Of a stretch of DNA of 64,000 nt, positions 18,189 through 26,865 are shown piece by piece. Numbering within the stretch: the first letter of the stretch is position 1; each line of letters opens with the position of its first letter. Source of the stretch: a virus; IMG/VR virus record IMGVR_UViG_3300027631_000002, positions 32,001-96,000 of that record; one strand, given 5' to 3'. Position numbers and translations under genes: made by a program. The notes beneath the pieces were generated by a model that was not told the origin of the DNA, searched no databases, and worked only from the letters and a program-made list of their open reading frames with translations.

Positions 18189-18550
18189 ATTCCTAATTTA
18201 CTTAAAATTTTATCTCTATAGAAACTTATATCATCAACAATAAAAAGGTTTGAATCTGTAATAATTAGATCATCAATAATCTCAATAATCTTTGATGTTT
18301 TTTGTAGTGACATAATTCCTACATTTTGATTACTTGTAACTATTTGATCTATTTCTAATAAATCTACATTAGCTGGTTCTTGATTTACAATACCTTTACA
18401 TCTTTGTATAGAATACTTATCTATAAATTCTTTATTATTTAATATTTTTTTATAGAATTTATTTTCAGTATCTACCATAACATAGGAAACCTCGGTAGAT
18501 TTCCCACCGAGGTGATTATGAATTAAATCTCCTACCTTAATTAGTTTCAT
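18185..18550 (-). CDS. hypothetical protein with RDxK-like tail
   Basis: IKVGDLI N-terminus; ends YRDKILSKLGI. Confidence 0.72.
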   Translation of the reverse strand: MKLIKVGDLIHNHLGGKSTEVSYVMVDTENKFYKKILNNKEFIDKYSIQRCKGIVNQEPANVDLLEIDQIVTSNQNVGIMSLQKTSKIIEIIDDLIITDSNLFIVDDISFYRDKILSKLGI

Positions 18551-19383
18551 TATAGTATTTTAGTGCCTGGTTTGGCATTTACCACAAATACTGGTGTACC
18601 ATTTTCTAATTCACCTGGCATAATCATCGCGTGTGACTCAATCCCCATCATCTTAACAGGTTTTAAATTTGTTATGAACAAGAAAGAGTACCCTTCTAAT
18701 TTATCAACGTAGTTCTCACCTAAAGAAGGTTTAATGTTTGTTACAACAACTCTCGGTGTATCTTCACCAAAATCAACTTCTAACTTAATAAGTTTATCTG
18801 ATTTAGGTACATCTGTTACTGATATAATCTTACCTGTTTTAATTTCTAATTTAGATGAAGCATCTAAAAATTCCGAAAATTCTATTTTATCTTTCATGTT
18901 TAATATATTTATTGCTTTAATTTTACATTCTTCTTTTAGTCCTGGAATTCCTAATTTCCAAGGTTTTACTGGTTCTCCTGTTGAACAATTTACAAAATAA
19001 TCTTGTTGTTCGTCCAGGAAATCTTGTATATCATCAAATATAACATACTGGGTTACTTCTGGGTGTCTATCTAACCAAAGTTTAATTTCATGACCTCTTT
19101 TTACTTGGTCATAATAAACTATATTGGTTGATTCACATACATCTACACAATCTGGTGTTACATCAATAATTTCACCTGGTAGTTGACGTTCTTTCCATAG
19201 ATCTAACATTCTTTGAATACCTTTATCTTTCCAAGTGGAAGAGATAACGATTTTCGCACCTGTTTTTTCAATAATTTCCTTTAAGTTCTGGACGTATTCA
19301 TCCCTGAAGATATGACCGAATTGGTCTTTATCATCATAATCTACGTTTAGAACGCCGTCTATGTCAAGAAATATTGTTTTCAT
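18550..19383 (-). CDS. HAD domain (Swiss-Army-knife RNA repair type) fused to a Trbp111/CsaA-like tRNA-binding OB domain
   Basis: IFLDIDGVLN, IVISSTW, YVIFDD; then IKTGKIISV..SDKLIKLEVDFG..TNLKPVKMMGIESHAMI. Confidence 0.8.
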   Translation of the reverse strand: MKTIFLDIDGVLNVDYDDKDQFGHIFRDEYVQNLKEIIEKTGAKIVISSTWKDKGIQRMLDLWKERQLPGEIIDVTPDCVDVCESTNIVYYDQVKRGHEIKLWLDRHPEVTQYVIFDDIQDFLDEQQDYFVNCSTGEPVKPWKLGIPGLKEECKIKAINILNMKDKIEFSEFLDASSKLEIKTGKIISVTDVPKSDKLIKLEVDFGEDTPRVVVTNIKPSLGENYVDKLEGYSFLFITNLKPVKMMGIESHAMIMPGELENGTPVFVVNAKPGTKIL

Positions 19384-19400
19384 AATAGCAAAGATAAGAA

Positions 19401-19643
19401 TTATTTTTGATTTATTAGAGAAATTTTTTGAATTCTTGTTAGTTGTTTAATTCTCCACTCTTCTTTTGCTGCCAAAGATTTTGTTTCAAATTCACACTGA
19501 TACATCAGTTTTACTGGTGTTCTTGTCTTGGTGTATTTAGCACCTTTCTTCTTATTATGTGTATCAATTCTCTTTTCTACGTTATTGGTTATACCGGTAT
19601 ATAACGTCAAATCACTACACTCTAAAATATAAACATACCACAT
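19401..19643 (-). CDS. GIY-YIG nuclease family protein (YhbQ-like)
   Basis: WYVYILEC..LYTGITNN..R..HN..GAKYT..E..IK. Confidence 0.9.
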   Translation of the reverse strand: MWYVYILECSDLTLYTGITNNVEKRIDTHNKKKGAKYTKTRTPVKLMYQCEFETKSLAAKEEWRIKQLTRIQKISLINQK

Positions 19644-19730
19644 TATCTATATATTCACTTTCATGCAACATCATGATATATAACTAAATAATAATATAAT
19701 TTTTGTTTTTAAAATTTAATATATACTCTT

Positions 19731-20168
19731 ATGAAATACATAAAATTATTTGAGAATGCTATACCTCTACGACAGCCTTCTTATAAGAAAGGTGAGATAA
19801 TAATTTGGTCGGATCAGATTAAAAATAAAGATGTTGATTATGATTTTGCTAAGAAATTGCTTGATCGAGTAGGTCTTAAATTAGTAGGAGAACCTTATGA
19901 TGGTGGATTTTTAGTAGAATGTGAACCAGGTAAAGAAGTAGAAAGTGCAGAAATGGCAATTTCTAGGTTTCCTGAATTTTTTGATAGTTACCAAAGAGAA
20001 GATATAAGAATGCCATTTATTTGGGATAAAATGGAAGAAATAACCGATAAAGTTGCGGGTATAGAAGATTTCTTTGAAAGAATTGATAAGAAATTTGTAA
20101 ATATTAAAAAGTATAATGATTATCTTGATGATATAATAAGTGAACTTGATAATTTAAAAATAAAATAA
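19731..20168 (+). CDS. tagged hypothetical protein
   Basis: MKYIKLFENA; TAATATATA at 19717-19725. Confidence 0.75.
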   Translation: MKYIKLFENAIPLRQPSYKKGEIIIWSDQIKNKDVDYDFAKKLLDRVGLKLVGEPYDGGFLVECEPGKEVESAEMAISRFPEFFDSYQREDIRMPFIWDKMEEITDKVAGIEDFFERIDKKFVNIKKYNDYLDDIISELDNLKIK

Positions 20169-20171
20169 AAA

Positions 20172-20205
20172 ATGAAACCCTTACTCTTTCAAGTAAGGGT
20201 TTCAT
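20172..20205. terminator. bidirectional terminator
   Basis: ATGAAACCCTTACT-ctttca-AGTAAGGGTTTCAT. Confidence 0.8.
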
Positions 20206-20207
20206 AT

Positions 20208-20254
20208 AATAAGTAAAGTTGTGTTACTCACTAACCATCGCTTCACGAATTTTT
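20208..20254. repeat. 47-bp direct repeat copy 1 (degenerate hairpin)
   Basis: 43/47 identical to 21340-21386. Confidence 0.9.
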
Positions 20255-20456
20255 CTTTTTCATAATTATCTACATTCACCAATTTTAGGAATTTGCGAAG
20301 CAACTGTTGTCGTATGATTTCTTTCCCTCTGAACTCCTGTACAGTCATTAATTGTTATATAATAAGTAGAAAAATTCATCGCTGGATTCTGTGGTGTACC
20401 CACAACATTGAAGGTAGTTGCCTAAATATATCTGAGTATCGTTATACATAATATTT

Positions 20457-20891
20457 TTAATTATTACTATACCAAATTTTTTCTATTTCTTCGATATCAT
20501 TAAAAGGTATTATAAATGCAAATGAATTTTTGTTTTTACTTCTATCAAAAAATAGTCTATGATGTCCATCCATTATCCACAAATTCTGATGTTTATCCTC
20601 AACTAAAATTATATCAGACTTTTTGTATGTTTGGTCATCTAAACTATCGATAAAATTTTTAGATAGGTATTTTTGTGTAGTGAGTAGTGGTATTGATTTA
20701 TCTATTTCTTCTTTTTCATAAGGAAACGCTTCTAATGTATCATCCCAATAGTTTATTGAAGTATCACGAATATTGTATAGGTAATCTGGTAATCTCTCAA
20801 GAAAGATTATGTTATGATATTTTTTAGATAAATCTATTTTATCATCTGAGATGTTTTCATTGAAACTAAAAAATTTTTTTATTAAACTCAT
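20457..20891 (-). CDS. ParB/Srx-like N-terminal domain protein, tagged
   Basis: IILVED..LWIMDGHHRL. Confidence 0.7.
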   Translation of the reverse strand: MSLIKKFFSFNENISDDKIDLSKKYHNIIFLERLPDYLYNIRDTSINYWDDTLEAFPYEKEEIDKSIPLLTTQKYLSKNFIDSLDDQTYKKSDIILVEDKHQNLWIMDGHHRLFFDRSKNKNSFAFIIPFNDIEEIEKIWYSNN

Positions 20892-21058
20892 AAAATATTA
20901 ACTTTTTTATAATCCCCATATACTAAAAGTTTTCCCGTTAGAGTTTCATACCAGAATCTCAATTTTTTGTTGTTCTCATCATAACATTGAAGAATCATTT
21001 CTTTTTTAACATAAAAAATAGATGTTGCATTGATAAAATTTGTTCTCTTTATTTCCAT
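20888..21058 (-). CDS. small hypothetical protein (not in ORF track)
   Basis: 56 aa MEIKRTNFINATS...; ATGA overlap with the next gene. Confidence 0.6.
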   Translation of the reverse strand: MEIKRTNFINATSIFYVKKEMILQCYDENNKKLRFWYETLTGKLLVYGDYKKVNIL

Positions 21059-21081
21059 ATCTTATATATATTAAAAACTGA

Positions 21082-21135
21082 ATATAACAAATGATAAACA
21101 ACATTAAAACGATTGTTTATCATCAGACGTTATAC
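21082..21135 (+). other. attC-like imperfect palindrome
   Basis: ATATAAC-aa-ATGATAAACAA-11 nt-TTGTTTATCAT-cagac-GTTATAC. Confidence 0.5.
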
Positions 21136-21188
21136 ACAATACTACATTAGTGTTTCAAATTAAGTTCCGTGTAAAAAACTTTTAAAAA

Positions 21189-21293
21189 TTATGGTTTAAT
21201 CGTTCTTTGATACCAACTTTCCAAAATAACAACATCTTCTTTTCTTGCTTCAACTTCACCACCAAACATTCTAATCCAAGTAAAATCGCCAAT
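21189..21293 (-). pseudogene. orphan 3' gene fragment
   Basis: IGDFTWIRMFGGEVEARKEDVVILESWYQRTIKP* preceded by an in-frame TAG and a terminator. Confidence 0.4.
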
Positions 21294-21339
21294 CTAAAAA
21301 TAAAATAAAAAGTCCTCATATGAGGACTTTTTATTAAAC

Positions 21340-21386
21340 AATAAGTGAAGTTGTGTTACTCACTAACCACAACTTCACGAATTTTT
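21340..21386. repeat. 47-bp direct repeat copy 2 (hairpin GTGAAGTTGTG..CACAACTTCAC)
   Basis: overlaps 3' end of 21356-21673. Confidence 0.9.
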
Positions 21387-21673
21387 GTGAATTCACCATT
21401 ACTTACAGCTTTGCTGATCCACCTGTTTAAATCTGAACCTTTCATTTCTGACTCGAATGTAGTTGTGCCTAAATCAGAAGATAATCTGGTTTCTAATACT
21501 TCGTCACCTTTATTATCAAATCCACAATTTCCAACTTCAACAGTAGCGATAGGAAATTGATAAACACCGTCAGCTAACTCTACTGTATAGTAAAGATTAC
21601 CACTAACATAGTGACTTAATTTTGCCATTGCTTTAGATTTGTATAAATCTTTTTTAATATCGTTTAATTCCAT
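21356..21673 (-). CDS. hypothetical protein
   Basis: 105-aa ORF downstream of tRNA. Confidence 0.75.
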   Translation of the reverse strand: MELNDIKKDLYKSKAMAKLSHYVSGNLYYTVELADGVYQFPIATVEVGNCGFDNKGDEVLETRLSSDLGTTTFESEMKGSDLNRWISKAVSNGEFTKIREVVVSE

Positions 21674-21695
21674 TTTGAATTTTTATTTTTAATTG

Positions 21696-21774
21696 TGGTG
21701 GCGATTGAGGGATTTGAACCCCCGACCTTCTCGTTATGAGCGAGCTACTACTTACCAGACTGAGTTAAATCGCC
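21696..21774 (-). tRNA. tRNA with CAU anticodon (elongator Met or Ile2), encoded CCA
   Basis: GGCGATT/AATCGCC acceptor, loop CTCATAA, T arm GGGGG-TTCAAAT-CCCTC, ACCA end; TATCTTTG at 21785-21792. Confidence 0.92.
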
Positions 21775-21889
21775 TATCATTCTACAAAGATATATATATA
21801 TACTTGTATTTCGTATTTGTTTTACAAAAGTACAAAAAATAATTGAAAAAAAAATTAAATAAATAGGAAAAATATACTATCTTTGTGAA

Positions 21890-22255
21890 ATGGAAATTAT
21901 ACAGCGACATGGCATTGCCTTTAAAGTAATAGAAAGAAAGATGAATTTCCCTTTCATAACTGATTGTGATGATATGTTATGTGAAGATATAAGTTCATTT
22001 TATTCAGACCCAAACACACAATCTATTGTTCTAATTAGAGATAACTATTCTAAACCTATTATGACTTATCAAGATGTTCTTGATGAGATAGAGTATCTAT
22101 ATGATAATAGTATTCGTTGGAGAAGTGAAGAAAGAAGAGATAGTTTAAGAACTTACTATCATAAAGTCTCTAATATAATGAAAACTTACAAAAGACAAGA
22201 ACAAATAAATAAGGTATTAAATAGTAACGAATGTACATTTCACCTAGCATGTTAA
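21890..22255 (+). CDS. hypothetical protein with RDxK-like tail
   Basis: KRQEQINKVL; TATCTTTG 4 nt upstream. Confidence 0.72.
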   Translation: MEIIQRHGIAFKVIERKMNFPFITDCDDMLCEDISSFYSDPNTQSIVLIRDNYSKPIMTYQDVLDEIEYLYDNSIRWRSEERRDSLRTYYHKVSNIMKTYKRQEQINKVLNSNECTFHLAC

Positions 22256-22767
22256 AAAACAAATTATACTTATTCGATAAGTGGTTATACAAAGATAGAA
22301 ACTCATTACTTGTTTTACTATTAGTTGTTGGTTCTACATTTATGATTAGTTATGAACCTACTATTTTTTATGGTATTGGATTATTATCTATCATATGTTT
22401 TTATGTTGTCTTTATAAAAGCAAAAATTTTAGGTCAAGATTGGAAACTAGATAAGTCAGTATATGATGTACCACAAGAACAAGAAATTATAGTAACGACA
22501 AAAGATTTTTATTGGGATGGTTATGTCAAATCAAATCACATACATAGTCATACTAGTAAACCTAATACACTTTTTGTAAAGAAAGGAACAGAATTTAAGA
22601 TTATTGATTTAAAAGAAGAGAAAGAAGATTGGAGACTAATGCTAAAAAAAGGTAATGGTGAAATGATTATTACGGTAGGTTACTTTGAATCAAGAAAGTA
22701 TTATAAAACAAAGTCTCAAATTAGAGAAGAAAAATTAAAGAAATTATTAAGTAAAAAAATATGGTAA
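22231..22767 (+). CDS. membrane protein with RDxK-like tail
   Basis: two N-terminal hydrophobic segments; IREEKLKKLL. Confidence 0.72.
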   Translation: MYISPSMLKNKLYLFDKWLYKDRNSLLVLLLVVGSTFMISYEPTIFYGIGLLSIICFYVVFIKAKILGQDWKLDKSVYDVPQEQEIIVTTKDFYWDGYVKSNHIHSHTSKPNTLFVKKGTEFKIIDLKEEKEDWRLMLKKGNGEMIITVGYFESRKYYKTKSQIREEKLKKLLSKKIW

Positions 22768-23471
22768 AATTACTACCCGCAACATTCAAATGGGTTCCCA
22801 AATTAGATGATGTTATCAAGATTTCCGGTCTACATCCAAGTCGAGTATTTAACGTAACTATTTTTGGTTCACGTGTTTATGGTAATTATGATTCAGCATC
22901 TGACTGGGATATTATTATAGTTGCAAATAATTCAGTAGAAGCAATTGAGTTAAAAGAAACTGTGCAAGACGAGTATTCTTATAATATGAATCATAGATTT
23001 ATTACATATAACATTCACATTTATACACCAGATAGATTTCAAAAGGATTTAGATTGGCATCGTATGAATAATCTTGAATGTATCTTTGCACCAGACTGGG
23101 CTAAGTTAAAAGAAGATAAAAAATATGAGTTTAACTTAGACTTAAAAAAATTAAGACATGCTTCATCACATATTAGTTCTAATTCTTGGATAAAATGTAA
23201 GAAAAAACTATTGATTGATGATCAGTATCGTACTGCTATAAAATCATTCTATCATTCTATAAGAATACCTATGTTTGCAACACAAATTGCTAGAAGTGGT
23301 AGAATAACTGACTTTACAACTGCTAACTTTATTTGGAGAAGACTTATGTTTGATGAAGTTCCTAGTTATCAAAAGAAAGATAGTAAATGGGATTGGGATT
23401 CTTTAAATTTAGAGTTTAAAATTACATATAATCTAATGTTAAGTTTATTTAGAAAAGTAACTGATAAATAA
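22761..23471 (+). CDS. Pol-beta superfamily nucleotidyltransferase
   Basis: IFGSRVYG..SDWDIIIV. Confidence 0.82.
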   Translation: MVKLLPATFKWVPKLDDVIKISGLHPSRVFNVTIFGSRVYGNYDSASDWDIIIVANNSVEAIELKETVQDEYSYNMNHRFITYNIHIYTPDRFQKDLDWHRMNNLECIFAPDWAKLKEDKKYEFNLDLKKLRHASSHISSNSWIKCKKKLLIDDQYRTAIKSFYHSIRIPMFATQIARSGRITDFTTANFIWRRLMFDEVPSYQKKDSKWDWDSLNLEFKITYNLMLSLFRKVTDK

Positions 23472-23707
23472 TGGAAGAAGAATTAGAAAAATTATATCAA
23501 GATTTACTTACAAATAGACAAACCTATAGAGGTCAAGGTTTATTACAAGTTAGTCCGCCACAACCACATCAGAATTTAATTGATAATCCAACGGTTATAA
23601 ATTATGATTTTGCTTCTTTGTATCCAAGTGTTCAGAAAAAGTATTATTATAAAATAAGTATGAAAGTTTCTATTAGAAAAAGAAAGATTAGAAATATATT
23701 ACAATAA
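23471..23707 (+). CDS. mini-protein carrying a family-B polymerase motif A peptide and an RDxK-like tail
   Basis: YRG..VSPP..VINYDFASLYPSV; ends IRKRKIRNILQ. Confidence 0.65.
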   Translation: MEEELEKLYQDLLTNRQTYRGQGLLQVSPPQPHQNLIDNPTVINYDFASLYPSVQKKYYYKISMKVSIRKRKIRNILQ

Positions 23708-23737
23708 AAAAACACATCGTTAAGATGTGTTTTTTGT
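23706..23737. terminator. bidirectional terminator
   Basis: AAAAAAACACATC-gttaa-GATGTGTTTTTTT. Confidence 0.85.
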
Positions 23738-25291
23738 TTAATTACATTCTGGACATCCAACTTCACCTCGTCCATTACATATATCACAAGATTCTTCACC
23801 TCGTCCATCACAGTTATAACATTCTCCTCTTTTCTCACCTTCACAGGTTTCACATTCATTTTTACCTGTTCCCGAACAAGTAGCACATTCTACTTCACCA
23901 GATAATAATTCTATTGTTCCGGTTCCAGAACATTCATTACAATCTACTTCACCATGTCCTTCACATTCAGAACAATCTGATTCACCAGTACCATGACAAA
24001 CACGACAATTTGTAGTACGTTCTCCTTCACATTCAGGACAATCAACTATTCCACTACCTTCACATATATCACAACCTTGTCCATTAGAACCATTAGTTTG
24101 AGTTAGTGTATAATATGTTGTGTGATTCGACCAGGGGAACTCTCTATTAGAGATTATACCAAGATCTGGGCTATAATACTTCATAGTATCCATATAAGGA
24201 TAATAGTCATAATATTCTCTTCTAAGTTTGACTGTTACTACACTTTCTTTACCATATACTTCATTTCCGTTAAAAACTAAACTAGAATCTTCTTCATAGC
24301 TTTGTTCTGATTTGTGATAATAATCATGTTTATAACAATACTCTTTGAATAGAAGTATATCAGAATTTCTAATAGTGTATATTCTGTCCATAAATCTTCT
24401 TCCTTCTTCATCTAACCAAAGAATAGCTCTACCAGAAATTTTAGTAGAATCTTCTTCACTTATTAAAATAATCATTGATACTTTATCAGAATTTTCAGTA
24501 TAAATATCAAAATATTTTTGACATTCTGAATGTCTCATACAAGATCCACCTAATGGTCCTCCAATTTTTTCATAATTATCTTCTAAATACCACTTTTTTA
24601 TTTCATCACCTTTAACTTCTTTAAATCTTTTAAAAACATTCTTTTGTAATTCTAATACTTTTTTATATTTATCAACAAAGTCTTCAATCTCTTTATCTTT
24701 ATATTCTAATCCTAAATTTTTTAGAAAGGCTCTAACAAATCTTCCAACATTTACCTCAGTAGGGGTAATTTTAGAAACATCTTTCACAAGATAATTGTCT
24801 AAGACTATTGCTTCATAGGTTTTACCTCTTTCTTCAAATTGAAAAACAAATAATTGTTGGTTATTATCGTACATATAAGACCAAACACCTGGATTATTTG
24901 GTGAAATTTTTAGAACTTCTTCTAAAGTAAACTTTTTTATAACCGTCCCGGTTTGACCATCAGATGGCTCTTTCCAACCGTGTATAATACCCATATTATC
25001 TGCTACCTTAGATAGATTATCATAAACACCTCCATTACTACGTAATGTGTATATAGCTTTATCAATTTTATCTTGAGGTTTAAAAAATATACTATCAGTT
25101 TTATCTCTATTTATATCAATATAGTTTCTGGTAACATCCATATCTCTACCCTTATATGATAAAATTTGAGCGGCTATATTAGAATCTATCTTATCTAATA
25201 CATCTAAAAATTGTTGTGTATAAACTATTTTAGCTTCTAAAAGAAGTTCTAGTTTACTTTCTGTAATAAAATCTAAGTAATTTGAAATCAT
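23738..25291 (-). CDS. paralogue B: SCM/RAILW/MDRIY core plus 10 CxxC repeats
   Basis: translation; TAATATATA at 25296-25304. Confidence 0.8.
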   Translation of the reverse strand: MISNYLDFITESKLELLLEAKIVYTQQFLDVLDKIDSNIAAQILSYKGRDMDVTRNYIDINRDKTDSIFFKPQDKIDKAIYTLRSNGGVYDNLSKVADNMGIIHGWKEPSDGQTGTVIKKFTLEEVLKISPNNPGVWSYMYDNNQQLFVFQFEERGKTYEAIVLDNYLVKDVSKITPTEVNVGRFVRAFLKNLGLEYKDKEIEDFVDKYKKVLELQKNVFKRFKEVKGDEIKKWYLEDNYEKIGGPLGGSCMRHSECQKYFDIYTENSDKVSMIILISEEDSTKISGRAILWLDEEGRRFMDRIYTIRNSDILLFKEYCYKHDYYHKSEQSYEEDSSLVFNGNEVYGKESVVTVKLRREYYDYYPYMDTMKYYSPDLGIISNREFPWSNHTTYYTLTQTNGSNGQGCDICEGSGIVDCPECEGERTTNCRVCHGTGESDCSECEGHGEVDCNECSGTGTIELLSGEVECATCSGTGKNECETCEGEKRGECYNCDGRGEESCDICNGRGEVGCPECN

Positions 25292-25359
25292 AGGTTATAT
25301 ATTAAATTAGTATCATGAAAAAATCCCTTTAGAAAGGGATTTTTTTTAATTTTTATTTG

Positions 25360-26787
25360 TTAGTAATCACCTTCACAGTCTGGACAAGTAATCTGATCAT
25401 CACCATCACATTGTGAACAAGTTTTCTTACCTTCACCACCACATGTTTCACATTCCATATCATCTATTTCACCATCTCCATTACATTCAGTACAAACTTC
25501 TTCACCATCTCCATTACAAGTTGGACAAGTAATAGTACCATCTTGTTCACAAGTTGCACAAAGTTTATCATAATAACCTTCAGTTGATTCACAATAATAA
25601 ACTACTCCACTTTCTGAATTTTCATTTGATATAATTCCAGTTTCAGGACTATAGTATTTTAAAGTATCCATATAAGGAAAATTTTCATGTCTTTTATGTA
25701 ATTGAACTTGTGCAGTAAAATAGTTTTCCTGTTGACCTTCTGGTCCAATAGCATTTATAGTTGAAGAACTATTATTATTTGATTTATACCACCAACCACT
25801 ATCTTGTGCAAATTGTTTGAACAGTTCAACATCAGAATCAGAATTAGTATAAACCCTATCCATTAATTTTTTACCATTTAAACATTCCCAAAGAATTGCA
25901 CGTCCAATAATTTTACTATCATCATCTTGTGATTTATAAATAATTAAAGATACAGTGTTGTTTTCAGTATATGGATCTAACCAACTAGATTCAGCTTCTG
26001 CCATACAAGAATTTGCTAATGTACCACTTGGATCATAGTAATTATCATACTGATATTTATAATAAATATCATCACCTTGAACAACATCAAAGAATGAGAA
26101 TTTATCATTGAATTTATCCATCTGAGCTTTATATAAATTCACAAAGATTTCAATATCTCTTGCTGTAAATTTGGCAGTATCATCTTCTCTAGCAGCTAAA
26201 GTTAAAAGAGCATTCATTGATCTACCAACTCTAACATCTTGACGATTTTTTGACCAAACCAATTTGTTTCTATCATCAACTGGTCTCAATTTCTCTAAAT
26301 TAAAAACACCTTGACCATTTGCAAATTTTAACCAAATCCAAGTTTTACCAGATTTTTCAGAAACTATCTTTTCAACAACTTCACCAACTTCTGCTGATGT
26401 AGGTTTATAAACATCTCCTTCTGGTACATATCCTAATCTACCAAAAATTCCATTATTTGCTTCACCGTGAGTTAGCCATCCACCATTATTTCCTACAAAA
26501 CGATATAATTCTTTTGGATCATTTAAAATCTCTTGAGCTTTTCTATCTGCAGTAAAGTACAAATAATCATTTCTTACTGGATCTATATCAAAGTAGTTAG
26601 CAACTACTGGTAAGTCTTTCTTTTCTAATCCTAGAATCTTTTTAGCAACAGGACTATCAATTTTACCTAATACTTTCTTAAAATTATCTGAAAACATTAC
26701 ATCCGACTCTAATAAAAGTTCAATCAATTGAGATTCTGTTATTAAATCATGTGATTCTGTTATAAAATCAATATATTTTTTTAACAT
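25360..26787 (-). CDS. paralogue C: SCM/RAILW/MDRVY core plus 6 CxxC repeats
   Basis: translation; MLKKYIDFITES. Confidence 0.8.
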   Translation of the reverse strand: MLKKYIDFITESHDLITESQLIELLLESDVMFSDNFKKVLGKIDSPVAKKILGLEKKDLPVVANYFDIDPVRNDYLYFTADRKAQEILNDPKELYRFVGNNGGWLTHGEANNGIFGRLGYVPEGDVYKPTSAEVGEVVEKIVSEKSGKTWIWLKFANGQGVFNLEKLRPVDDRNKLVWSKNRQDVRVGRSMNALLTLAAREDDTAKFTARDIEIFVNLYKAQMDKFNDKFSFFDVVQGDDIYYKYQYDNYYDPSGTLANSCMAEAESSWLDPYTENNTVSLIIYKSQDDDSKIIGRAILWECLNGKKLMDRVYTNSDSDVELFKQFAQDSGWWYKSNNNSSSTINAIGPEGQQENYFTAQVQLHKRHENFPYMDTLKYYSPETGIISNENSESGVVYYCESTEGYYDKLCATCEQDGTITCPTCNGDGEEVCTECNGDGEIDDMECETCGGEGKKTCSQCDGDDQITCPDCEGDY

Positions 26788-26865
26788 TATTATAATATAA
26801 TTTTTTATTATATATTATTATTTCATTCTCATAAATTATACTTATATTTGTTCAAATTATATAAA

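Noticed and set aside
19401-19643. GIY-YIG homing endonuclease or mobile intron
   Set aside because: 80-aa standalone YhbQ-like domain with no DNA-binding tail, not inside a gene
20172-21400. CRISPR mini-array
   Set aside because: Only two 47-bp copies about 1.1 kb apart with genes between; no regular spacers and no cas genes
12375-26787. DnaJ chaperones
   Set aside because: CxxCxGxG repeats are present but there is no J domain (HPD) or DnaJ C-terminal domain
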